Shown: positions 13,906 through 26,700 of the stretch, in pieces | How positions within the stretch are numbered: position 1 is the stretch's first letter | How the letters are laid out: every line of letters begins with the position of its first letter | Assembly (NCBI RefSeq): GCF_009834535.1 | Contig: NC_045697.1 | Coordinates: 53,384,001-53,448,000, forward strand | Direction of reading: 5' to 3' | DNA length: 64,000 bases | DNA from: Camelus ferus | Lineage: Eukaryota | The notes under the pieces: generated by a model | What the model was told of the DNA's origin: nothing | The model's database searches: none | The model's input: only the letters and a program-made list of their open reading frames with translations | Translations under genes and position numbers: made by a program

Positions 13906-14290
13906 GTGCCTTAAAATGTAATTTATTGAAAAGAAGAAAGAAAAAAAACTCAGTTACTGCCCACAATTTTTTGAAATGATGGCAGTTACAGGAGAAGCAA
14001 TTCAAAGGCTTTTTAAGCAAGATTTCCATATAGAAATTTGATAAAGACTTTAATACCCTCTATTTGGTGGCCTTCATACTGGCATGATACAACTGGGATA
14101 AACTGTTAAGACAACTTTTCTTAAGGAAAAGAATGATATACTATTTAATATACAGTAGAGAACTCAAGAGGAAAGATTGCCTTCAATTTGGGATTGTCCT
14201 ATTCTAAGACAACAGTCAAAGCCTTTGGATGGAAAGGTTTTACATGATAGGCGTGGAGGAGAAATTTAGAGCATGGAATTTCAGTCACAT
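13906..14290 (-). other. CSN1S1: CSN1S1 exon 21 (3'UTR), AATAAA at 13922-13927
   Basis: ttgcag/ATGTGACTGAAATTCCATGCTCT; resembles the ruminant last exon as recalled; 3' end approximate. Confidence 0.9.
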
Positions 14291-15124
14291 CTGCAAATAG
14301 AAAAAGAAATATGTGGTTAGTTTATTCCATTTTGAAGGGAAGAGACACTGTTATGACATGATACATTTGAATAGTCATTTTCTCTTCATCTTACGATGCA
14401 GCTCACAAAGGTATCTGTGCTTTCCTGTTACTGACAGGCATATTCATTGCTCCTGAATTTTAAGTCTTATAATTTATTACTAGATAGTATTTTGTTTTGC
14501 AGTAATGTAAAATACTGCAAGGCTACTTAAAGAAAAAGTTTCCACATATATCAGTTTGTCATTTTCCTTAATTTGATCTGTTGGAAAAGAAGTTTTCACC
14601 ATTGGAAAGGGAAAACACACACACATGCACACATACATATACACACAATTAGAAAATCCAATATAGTGGATGAAGGTAACTAAAACAAATCTGTAGACAT
14701 TTAAGTCTGTTTTCTTGCTGACAAAAAAAAAAAAACACTCTGTTTTATTACGTAACTTGCAGAGGCTTTCCATTGCAGTGACCACAACGAACAGAATCTC
14801 ACTGCTGGGTTCACCAGAGTCTCAAAGTCACATTTTGATGGAAAATTAGTAACATCCACACTTCCATATTTGTATAGGAGTTTCAGTATAATAAATTGCA
14901 TTAATTAGCATTAGCTAATTTTAATAGTTATTTAAATATAATACTATTATGCTACAAAATTTTGCAAATATCCAAGCCAATTTAATTATTATCTAAGTGC
15001 TAATGTGTCCACAAATAGCTAGACCATAGGGGAAAAAAACTTTGTAGTCTGCAGTCATGTATCTTTGTACTGAGTCCTCACATGAAAAGAGAATCAATGG
15101 TTAGACAAGTGATTTCCAACTTAC

Positions 15125-15168
15125 CAAAGGCCATAATTGTGGAGTTCCTGAGAATTCACTTAACTCTT
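15125..15168 (-). other. CSN1S1: CSN1S1 exon 20 (44 nt; first base completes TGA)
   Basis: cttcag/AAGAGTTAAG...CTTTG/gtaagt. Confidence 0.93.
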
Positions 15169-17689
15169 CTGAAGGAAAAAAAAATTGTTAAAATCACGTG
15201 ACGTAGGTAATGAGCAATAAAATTTTACTAAATTTATTTTCCCAGCACTGTGCTTAACAAAGATTATTATATTTAATCACCTTCAAAGTTATAAAAAATA
15301 AACATTATTATATTATTTCAAGTAAACTTAAAAGGTCAAGATTTGAATTTAAGACTATTGGATGCCAAAATCTGTGCTTTCTTCCTCATGCTCTAGTCTA
15401 ATGTGTATCATGGGTAGAACCAAAAGAAAGACATTTAAAGATTAGTAAAAGTGAAAGGCAGATAAAGTTGAATTGTTGTATTTTCACTTAGGAGAGAAGT
15501 GTTTTTCTCTCCCCTGCCATCATCAGAATGAATTTCACCTATAGAATATATAGCACTTCCATGTGTTTCCTAGTAATGAATTAGCCATAGGTACTAGAAA
15601 TTATTACCAATTTTCCATTTCAGAAAACTCTAGCATGAAGCACTAAGTGTTGGTTTGTCAGTGTTTATTCTAATCTGTTTTTATGGTATGCTCTGTAAGC
15701 AATTTTCTTTTATTTCCTTTGATAGAACATCAATATGCAGTGATTTATATGAACTTACCACCACCACTGTGGCATAACGTCGGTTTTTCCACCGTCCTCA
15801 GAGGCAATGCCTTCAGGGGTGTCGTAGGATGAGGGGTGAGCAATATATTGCATGACTTGTGGAGGATAATACCAAGCAACATAGGGAGAGGCACCAAGCT
15901 GGAAGAATTGTGGGAAAGGCTAGAGAGAAAGACCATTGAAAAAGCAACAATGTATGAGAAACTGCTGTTTTGAATTGCTGAAAATGAATCACTTCATTCA
16001 TTTCCAACATGGCCAGTGGCATCACAAGAGTTATTGACTCTGAGGAAAAAGGAGAAATCAAACTCTTCCCTTTGGTGGATCATGGTGAAGTAACTTTTGG
16101 AAAGGGCTTTTTTAGGGTATCAGAGTAAATCATTTCTTTAAGGTCAATAGTCAGTATTGAATTCCAAGATCCTGCATTACTAACAGGGGTTCAATCCCCT
16201 GAGTACAGAGGAAAGTAGTTGTGTGAATTTAATTATTACATAATGTATAAACTCATGGGTATTAGTACTAGAAAGGATAATTTTTGCCATTTAATTCTAC
16301 AGTTTAATTTTTCATGGTGATACTGAGCTCAAAGGAAGGGAAGGAAGGACCTCCCACCCAAGGGTCAATACAGCTGGCTTTCAGAAATGCCAGGAATAAA
16401 GAGAAAATAATTCACCAATTCCTAGCCCAGTGCTCCTTCCTAATCATACAGTTTTGTTAACAAAGCATTATTTTCCTTTCTGAAATTTTGGAACAGCTGC
16501 CACTATTAATCTATTATATTTTACTTGTTTCTATGAATTCAAGTAATTCTCTATACTGGTAAGTGGAAGTTATGTGTTCTTTGATGGAATTAGAAAAAAA
16601 TGAAAGAATTTCATGTAAAGATTATAATAAATATGGTATTTGGGATTTTCTCTTTATTAAGTCATTTAGATAAAAAAATTAAATATAATAAAGTCAATTT
16701 ACCTCAAGATGGAAGTATGCCTGTTCCTTAACAGAGAGGAAAAAATAGTTTCAATTTAAATCCCATCAAATACCATGATAGACTAAATTATTACTACCAA
16801 ATACTTTCTTTAAGATTATTATTATCATTATTATCATTCTTGCTTTTTTTTTTTAATTACATGGAAAAGTCTTGCTAATGTACTCTTTGGAGCTCAAATG
16901 AAGAGAGTAATTGTTGTTTTTTTTTCTTCTTTTTCCTTTGGTCAAGCAGTAATTAGAGAATCTCAGAAGAAATTGAGAGTAAAATCTAATGCGCAGTGAG
17001 GAATCATTATCATAAAACTGATTGATGACTACGATGTTTTAAATCTTGAGGAAAGGTTTTTTTTTTCTCCCTAATCACATAATTATAAAGAAAATTCTAT
17101 GGTTTTCTTTACATACTTTTTAAAAAATTAGCATGCCATATATATGTTGAATTATCAATAGACCAAAGCAACTGAGCTGAATGCACAGTTAACTACAGCT
17201 AAAAAGTGAAGACACAAGAAGAACACTGCAAAAATCAGGATATAGGAGTTTAAGGAGGAAATAAATTGATAGTTCCATATTAATTTCACAAATGAAAAAG
17301 CAGTTTTCAAAGAGAACAACACAATTTGCTCAAGGTCATATGATTAGAAGGTGTTAGATCTCAGGACTGAAAACTCAAGTTATTTTCACTACAATACTAT
17401 ATTAATAAAAGGTCTAATTTTAACACATAAATAAGCTGGTTGAGAATGTCCTGACTTAAAATTTGACCAGAAGCTCAGTTCACTCAGGGATGGCCATAGA
17501 ATCATTCTTTCAAAGGAATTTGGCAAGTTGGATCTGATCTTTCATAGCAATGTTAGAACTAGCACTGGAGAATCCAACACTAGTCAACACCTGAGAAATA
17601 CTAGCACAACACTAGTTCATGATGCAACTAGTACAATCATTTCAAAAAAACAATGACTGCCAATAGATAATTTGGGGCAGTATTAAAAC

Positions 17690-17732
<43 letters not shown>

Positions 17733-20700
17733 ACCTGAGTCACTACTTTCACAGGCTCCCCCTGGGGGAAAAAAAAGAGAGAGAGAGAGAATCGGGTTAG
17801 TCACTCTTTAAGGCTGAATAAAATCAAAGATGGAAGAAGCAACCTATCCGAAATGCTTTTCATGTTAGAGATATGGGAACTGACATTAATTTTGCCAATT
17901 GCATTATTTAAAGACCATTTCTTCTAAAACATATGAAACATCCTCAACAATCCTGACAAGATTCATTAAGCAGCAAGTAGAGATTGGAGGGCTCCATGAT
18001 TGGAATTACCGTACCTATTGATGGGAATCAGAATTGTTATAGTAGCATATATTTCACAGTACCTGGTTATTGCCTTAAAAATGAAATCGGAAGTCCTAGA
18101 AGCACTATGGAATCAATGGAATGTTGGGTGTAAGAATCAGTTCCTATTATGTATTATTGATAAACTTACTTCACAGACCAGAAAACAGAGGATCAGAGAG
18201 TTTTTGACCAAGACATTTAGCATCTCTTCAGTTGGTTTCTTCACAAGCATGTCAACTAGTAAATCTCCAATATGCTTTGCCTAAGAGGCATAACGTAACT
18301 AAGTTTGAGTTTCCTAAATTGAACTTGAGAATTAAATGATGGACATAAAGATATAAAATTAAGGAGAATGTTAAAAAGAGAAATTAACATAACCATGGAG
18401 ATTAACACTTCATAGTGCTTATAACTATAAACGTGCTGTTCACATTAGGGGAGACAGAACAGAATGGCTCCCATTCCAAAGAAGAGTGACAAGAGAAATC
18501 TCTTCAAAAGTGTGAGGCTATTTAAAAACAAATGTATTTAAGCTTTACAATATATTATCAACATGCCATTTATTAAGCAAAATATTACCAGTTGGGGGTG
18601 GTTGTCCTCATTTATTCTGTAAAGTTGTTCCTGTATAGAAGGAAATACATTTAAATTACTTAAACATCTTCTGGTACCACACATTCATTTTACAATGTAC
18701 CCAGAGTATACCATTATTCATGAATTTAGGATAAACTGGATTCCATGCCAAAATTATGAAAAAATAGCAATATGCTTTTTATTTTCTAATTTTAGAAAAG
18801 TTATTTAACTAAAGGCTATACTTTATATATTTATAAAGTCAGTACCCTGTGGGGAAATAATAACCTGCTGTTTCCCTAAGATTACATATTTTCTGTTCAC
18901 GACTATTAATCACTTATTTAAATTTTATCTTTGGTAAATTTTAAATAAAATATTACCAGATATGGGTGGGAGGACAGTTTCACTCTTGGAATAAGTTTCT
19001 GTTAAAAAAAGAAAACGGAATATACATTATAAAAACATAAGACATAGACATGAAGAAAGTACTAAATATTCTAGATTTAATGAATAAACTTACCTGGTCA
19101 CGGATAGCTTCCTAAGAAAGAGAGAACATTTTGTTTTAGTATACTGGTTTTATTCACGTCTGAATAACAGACATTCACTTGGTGCTTTCATTCACTCAAG
19201 GACTAAGCTAAATCCTGGGGATCAACTACGAAATATGATGACATTCTGAGCAAAACCCACAGAGTTCTAACACTTGTGGAGTTTGCAGCTTGGTCGCATC
19301 ACAGCTAAGGTACTGAAATAGATTATTCAAGTAGTTTCTTAGATCAGAAATGATGAATTCTGGTGGAGTACAGATATATTTAAATTTCCTTGGACTTTAA
19401 ACACCAGCAACTTGGAAACTGAGACAAAAGTAACAATTGAGGTCCAAATTAAATTCATCATTGACTTCTCTCTTCCTACACATAGAACAAAATGTGAAAA
19501 TATAATTTTGCTAAACTAAGGCAAGCTCTTTTCCCTAAAGTCTTAATTAAGTCAAGTTTAATTGCTATAAGTAAAAGAAAAAAATGTTTTGGCCTTCCAA
19601 TTGAAAGACTATTACAGTCAAAAGGATCAAAACTAAGTAGCAAAGAAGGGTTGTGCTAATTGATACATTTTTGATCTGTCCATACCATCAGTGGGTAGAG
19701 AGTTTATGACATCATAGTTCAAATGCACTTCTTGATGAAAGACCTTCATAATGTTGTCAGAAGTCTCATGGGCACAGCAAAATTTACAGAGACTGGGGAG
19801 TGGGGTTAGGAGAAGGAGGAATGAACATTTTATTGGACTCGCTACATACCAGATGAAGGGATAACTGAGTAGAAGATTGCTCATTCAGTATTCAAAATAA
19901 CACCAGGATGTGAGAATAACTATATTTCCATTTCATACATAAGGACACAAGTTCCGGGATAAGATTAATCAACTCTCTGATTCTTTCTTAGAGAATTTTG
20001 ACAAAAGCAATTTGAATGTCTAGGACTCCTGATTCTTTTTCCAGACTCTACAGTTTCCTTAAATGGAAAGTTTATTTGGCATATCTGTGCTTTCATGAGC
20101 AAGCATTTTTATGGACTCGCCATCCAGTAGTGAATTTGGGAAAATAAAGACAGGACAGGATAAATTCCTGAATATAATATATCATCTGGGAGGCTCTAAG
20201 AGGATTTGATGTAGAATTTAGTTAAAGTAAACTTCCCTCTGGATAGTAATTATGGATGTGATACAGCACATTAGTCTCAGCATAAATAGAAAGAAATAGC
20301 TGTGACAGTAAGTGCATAGAGAAGCATATGGAGCATTCGCCAATTATTATTCATGATCAAGGCTAGAATAAATTATTTCTTGAAAAAACATATTTAAAAG
20401 CAAACCCCATTTAAAATTTAACTACTTTAATTCTGCAGAATACAATTTTGTATTATTATAATGAAAATATTACCAGCTGGAGTAGTTTGTATTTGTTCAG
20501 TCTGTGAAGCTCTTCCTATTCGAAAAGAAAAATATTGTCGGTTGCTTAGATACCATGCAGTCCAATCCCAGCATTTTCAAGTAATAAAGCTAGAATCCTA
20601 ACGTGCCTTTTCTCAGGAGTAGAGAATGAGGGGCTATTAATCTCACTTTGATGTTATTTCTACCACAAATAGTTTGGACTAATCTAATTATTTTTTAAAA

Positions 20701-23700
20701 ATTAAAAAAAACACTTTCTCAACTTACTGTTAACTTAAAATAAATTACAGTGAAGTCAGATATTAATGATATTCAGGCAATTTTACTTATGGTGTTTCAG
20801 TGTCAGAATGGCTAAGAAAATTGAAGATGACTTGTGCTTTCTGACCGAGGATTTAACTTTGGCCAATTGAAATCAGAATATTAGATGAAGTGGGCAAAAA
20901 GTGATCATGTTTCTGATACTAGCCACATTTACTGAGTGCTTACTTTGTGCTATGGATTGCATTAATTGCTTTACATCATTTAATATTTATTATTATATTG
21001 TCATTTTATAATTTAAGTTATAGGCTTACAGCAAGTAAGTAAACTATCTAACACCACGTGCTGCTAAAAGGTAGAGCTTAGAGTCAAACTCAAGTCTAGT
21101 CAGACTTACAGAGTACCCTTTAAATACCGTGCTATTCGGATCTAAAAGTAGACTATAAAACACAATATTTAAATGAAAGCATGAATTAAATACCTGAGAT
21201 TTAAAAAAAGTTGTCAGTTTTGTTTTCAGAGGGGATCAGTAAACATCTAGAGTCTGTTAGATTACTTACTATGAATTAATGTTTAGCAAGTGTTAAGGAA
21301 CAGTAATTTATCAGTGCAACGTTCTTCTCATTCCTTGTTACCTTTGCCTTTGATAAACTTTTAATAAAATTTTACCAGATAGCGTTGGGAGGGCATATCT
21401 TCCTTGAGAATGTCCTTCTGCTAAAAAAAAAAAAAAAAAAAATTGTTTAATTAAATTTTAACATATCCTGGATAATGCTAATATATTTTAAATTTGGTAA
21501 ATATATCTCACCTCAGTGGTACTGGAAACAACTTCCTTAAAAACATTAAAACATGCCATGTTAGTTTTTTGATTTATTAATTTACATTTCAGGTAAGAAT
21601 ACTAATTAACCAGAGACTATATTGCTAACTAACTGTAATAAACTGACTTTAGCCACAAATTCCTGGGTAACTGAGGCAAGATGAATAATTTGAGGTGCAT
21701 GTTATACTCAAGGTTTCCTTTTCCCTTCTCACTGCTTTAACCAAGGAAGTTATTCAGAATGTTGAAGGTGGATGTGAAATATTCACTTTTACTGAATTCC
21801 CAGAAACTCCACATAACTGAGTTGGTTTTATTTTGTAACTTGAATGAAAGTCTTCTCCCAAAGTTAAAGGAAGGACCTCATGACCTCCTATGCCTGCTCT
21901 TTTTCTCCTTTAGGTTAACAAGGAGCAAAGGATTCCAGTGTCTGATTAGCCTTGAATTGGTTGATTTCTACACAGGATAAAACATGTTGATATCATTGGT
22001 TTAGAAACATAGCCATTACTGTAATTTTTAATGACAAGATTTAGTTCTATCAAAATCTGGGAAGGGCAAAAAAATTAGGAAAAAAAAATGTTTGGGCAGC
22101 ACAGATAGTCAGAAAGGATTGCTTGTCCAGAAACAATTCTGTAATTTTGTCTCTGACAAATATTTGTTTTCATACATCTGTTGGGTTGATATCCATGTGT
22201 GTCAAAATGAGGACAGTGCTGTATACAAAGTGCCTTGTGCAATCAGACCTTGTAGGATATGTAAACTTCATGGTACAATAAGCTTTCATAAACATTTTCT
22301 GATTGGGATAATGAATTGACATCAAAATGATTTACCTCACTTGAACTGCTTCCAGATTCCTTTCGCTTAAAAAAAAAAGAAAATCAGTGTTACTGATCCT
22401 GTGATTTTAAAAGTGGAAGGAAACTAGCCCCACACTTTCATACCGGGGTGCTAACTCCTTGTTCAGAATTAAAACAAGTAGTATATAAAGGGCCAATACT
22501 ATGTACTTTCTTGGTCTGTCAATTTCATTTAAAATATGTTGGAGGGGGAAGTATAGTAACTTCCCTGATAACTTCAAAACAATTTTTTATTAAAACAAAC
22601 ACAGATACATGATTGACTAGAATGTAAAATGTGTATGAATTTTTGTGATAAAAATGAACCTGGAAGGAAGAGCCCTACTGGGCTGGGCTTCCCAGAACCC
22701 CAGGCTGAGCATTCATTCTCACATACACTTGGGGCCCTTTTTATGCTTGGAATAACTTGGAAACATTAAAATATAACAACCAGTTTAAGTGTGGAACTAA
22801 AATTACATTAGCTTTTTAAAACAGCTATGCTTTGAAATATTGAGTTTTCTTTCCCCTAAGTCACGGATGTTTATATTTGCATGTGGATATAATTTTTGTT
22901 CCCAAGGACATATTTAAAAGATTGATTTTAATATGCAACAGACTATTCATCTCTTGGGAGACGTGATTAACCAAATTTTTGAGGCTAATGGATTTTTCCC
23001 CATCTTTTTAGATTAGGTGGGCTAGCCCATGGATCCTAAGTAATTGTTGCAGGAGGTTCTTTCTGCCCCAGGACTGACTGCCCTCAGTGTAGAAGAGAAT
23101 GAGCTCATACCCTGGATGGCAGAGGCAGGTTTTGGCTTTTGGGTTTTTGGGGTTTTCTTTGAGTCTTATAGTTCATTTTAAACATTCATACATATTTTGC
23201 TTTTTACTCTTTATTTTAATAAATAAGCAATGTTTTTTGTTAGAGCAGACAGAAATGAGCAGAGAAAGGGGGAACCAGCTAAATGGCAGGAAACCATACA
23301 TCTTGTGAACTACAGGGTTAGTTGGGCAGACAGAGAAAAGCAGGAACCTCAGGACTGATAAGAATTCACACATTTTGGGGTGACAGGTGTCCTGGAAGCA
23401 GGAAAAGAAAGGTGGGAAAGGCAGGAATCTCCAGCATCTAAATGTAACCCTTTGTTCACTATGCTCTCATTACAATAAAATCAGCCTCGCGGATCAGAAG
23501 TACCTACGCCACAACACTTTCAAACAAGATTAAATAAGAACAAAAATCTCTCCTCCCCTCGGGAAGGTGGAGCTGGGATGAAAATCAGGGAAAGGACCCC
23601 CAACCCCTCCCTCTCCAATGAACATTCCGCCCATTTATGTTTACACTCTACTAGTAACCAGCTTGCCAAAGAAACTGAGCACAGCTGCTCACCTGAGGCT

Positions 23701-26700
23701 GCCCGCTCTCCCCTTGAGAGCGTCCTTTCTATACCTTCATAAATCCTCGCTTTACTTTTGACCTCAGTGTCTCATCTCTGAATTCTTTCTGCGAGGAGAC
23801 AAGAACCTAATCTCTGACAAACTCTTCACTGATTATCATTTAAATGACAAATTCTCCCCTCTAATGTTAACTTTATCTGGCACAGCATTGTACATTCCTG
23901 GCTATAATAGTCCTGGTCGAAAAGTTCAATCTTGCTCAATTTGAGAAGACAGCTTTGATAAAGTAAAGCATAGTGCACATACTATGTATAATACATAAGT
24001 ATACAGTTTATTAAAACAAAGGTCTTACCTCAGTGTCTTCCATGATGTGATCCTGAGAAAAGAAAAGAGAATTAACTTTATTTTTTATGATAAATATTCA
24101 GATGTAAAATAACAATTACCAAATATATAGATGCCAAAGAAAATATAAATTTGAGACAATAGCCAAGTGATAAGGAAAACAAAATAGCCTGCCTACCAGG
24201 CTAACCAAAGAATTTACCTCACTAATCTGCATTTCAGAGTTCAATAAAAACTACCGTAGATTCTTATATGTTGTGATAAATCAATGTAAATAACCTTTAT
24301 TTTCTTTTAATTAGCTTTACTTCTTTCTTTAACTTGGTCTTGGATGTTAAGCAGGAGCATTATATTAAAAAGGTGATGTGGTAAATAAAAGTGCATTAGT
24401 TCAATGGCATATAAATATTTAAGCAAAATGGATTTTTTTCCAACTGGTGTGTTGCGTTCAGTTTTCATGACCAAAGCAATAGACAGAGTAGTGACATGAT
24501 CCATAGAATTTGAGTGTTGGTTTAGTTATTCAGTTAATTCTGGCTTTCATATGCTATGCTGTATTTTCTTTTCTTTGAATTAGAGATATCTGTCTTAGTT
24601 TTGACTTAAGAGACTTATTTATTCATTTTGGGCAGGGTATTTAAAGGAAATGTTTTTACGTCTTTCTTTTCCTTATATTTAATAGTTTAAAAATAATCTT
24701 ACTTCGGTTGGTTCGTTCCTAGTATCCTGTCAAGAAAAGATAATCAAAGATAATCATTCAGGTATGAAGAATAGTTACAAAGATATTTATTTTATCTCAC
24801 AAATTTTGAGCATCTGTGTGATCTCTTAACGGCCTCTATTAAAAATCTGGTAGAGAATCCAGATCCAAAAAATCATTTTTCAAGAAAGTGAATAATAACT
24901 AATTATGTAAAACATTCTTAGAGCAGATACGTTGCTTTATATAATACCCTGAATAAATCATTCTTTCAGTTTTGATACTAAGTGCAGACAACTGTCTATA
25001 ATTGCATTTATTCATTCATTCATCCATTTATTCATTCATACTAAGGCCCTGTCTCTTCACAGCTTTAAAGTTAAATCAATAAAATCAATATTTAGAATTC
25101 TCAGTAGAATTCATCAGCCATTTTGAAAGTTTATGGGAAGTATAAATGAAGTAAGACAAATATTCTTTTTCTAAATTAAAACACTTTCTCTACTGCAAGA
25201 ATACATTTTTTTGCCACATTATCTTAAGAAAAGGTTGGTGCCTTGAGTTCATCATTTTGTGTTTCTCTCAGAAGTTCTCTCTGCTGAAACCAATAAAGTG
25301 TAACTTGTAAAATATATTTTTTGAAAGGACTAACTTTTAAAATAATTTAAATATCATTGATGGTCCTTACCTTCAGTTCATCGATGTTCTCCTTAAGGAC
25401 AGGAAACAAGAGAGAAACATTAGTAAAGAGGGACACAAATGAATGGATATCTATGAGAAAACATACCTTACATTGCTACTGCAAATTAAAAGATGAATGT
25501 GTTTTTTTGTGACTGCACTAATATTTCTTGCTATATCATTTCTTGCATTAAGTGTCTCCTTGCTAAGCTTTCTTTAAAGTTGTCAGTATGTAAATGTGCA
25601 CTTAAAAATATTTTAAAATTTTGTCCCACTAAATTTTGTTGTTCTTATCTTTCATTTTGTTTTAGTCATTATTCTGAATTCTCTTGATCTCATCTATCTG
25701 GTTCAAAAAAGCTAGTGTTTATTTCCATAAAAAGGCAGTAAAGAATTGGCACAACACCACAATACTTACTGGAGAGAACAAAATTTGCTTCCATTTGTTA
25801 ACTCTACAGTATATCTTGTGGACAATTTCTTACCTGTCTAAACTGAATGGGTGAAACCTACAGAAAAAGAGGAAGGTTATGTTAAAAATCATTCAGACAA
25901 AGTTGGGTTGCCTATCAAATATTTTATACAGTGTCCTTGAAGTAAAATTTCTGTTTGTGTTCTACTTGACAAGTCAGTCACAAAATTATTGAAAATACAA
26001 CACATAGTGGGTATTATCTAGAGATAAAGAACATTCCATTATAATGAACATGGAAATTGTAAAATTCTACATAGGTTATGCAAATGAAAACATGAGTGTT
26101 TTGCAAAGGTACAAATTAAAATTTAAAGCAGCTTTTTAATATTTGTTTATCTGATTTCAATATTCTTTTTCAGTGCTTGGAAGAGTGAATGAAGTAAAGG
26201 TTTAATCAAGTCAAGTGAAAAAACATTTGCAAACAAAAATTATGTTGATTTTTCAAGAATTTGGCTGTCATTTTAGAAGAATAAGTGGATAACACTTACC
26301 ACTGCTAACTCAAGAATCTTTCTTTTGTTGAGGACTTCCTGTAGATATTAAATTGTGAATTATAAAAAGGAAAAATGCACCCCAAAAGGAGTATGTTTTC
26401 CATTTGAACAAAAGTTCTCTGTTCACTTAGTAAACCAGAATATTTCTTAGGTGAAATAAGAGAATTAGTTGTAGTTCTAGGATCTAATTTTAAAATCTAA
26501 AGGAGGTACCATATTTGGTTCCTTCTTTACCAGACCCACAAGTTTAGTAACATACTTATCAAATGTCAAAGGAGGGATTGAATAGGAATTTAATTAAAAC
26601 AGACAATTAAGAGAGTAATCCAAGTACCTTGTGTACCTGGATACAATTGAAGGAAAATAAATGAAATGAGGAAGACATGCAACAGTCATCATAGCTAACT

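Noticed and set aside
24218..24226. Possible 9-nt casein-like micro-exon ATTAGTGAG (cag/.../gtaaat)
   Set aside because: No pyrimidine tract, and the 230-aa protein is complete without it.
25770..25803. Apparent extra CSN1S1 exon (tag/.../gtaagt)
   Set aside because: Only 30 nt from the exon 6 donor, too short for an intron, and 34 nt would frameshift; at most a cryptic donor.
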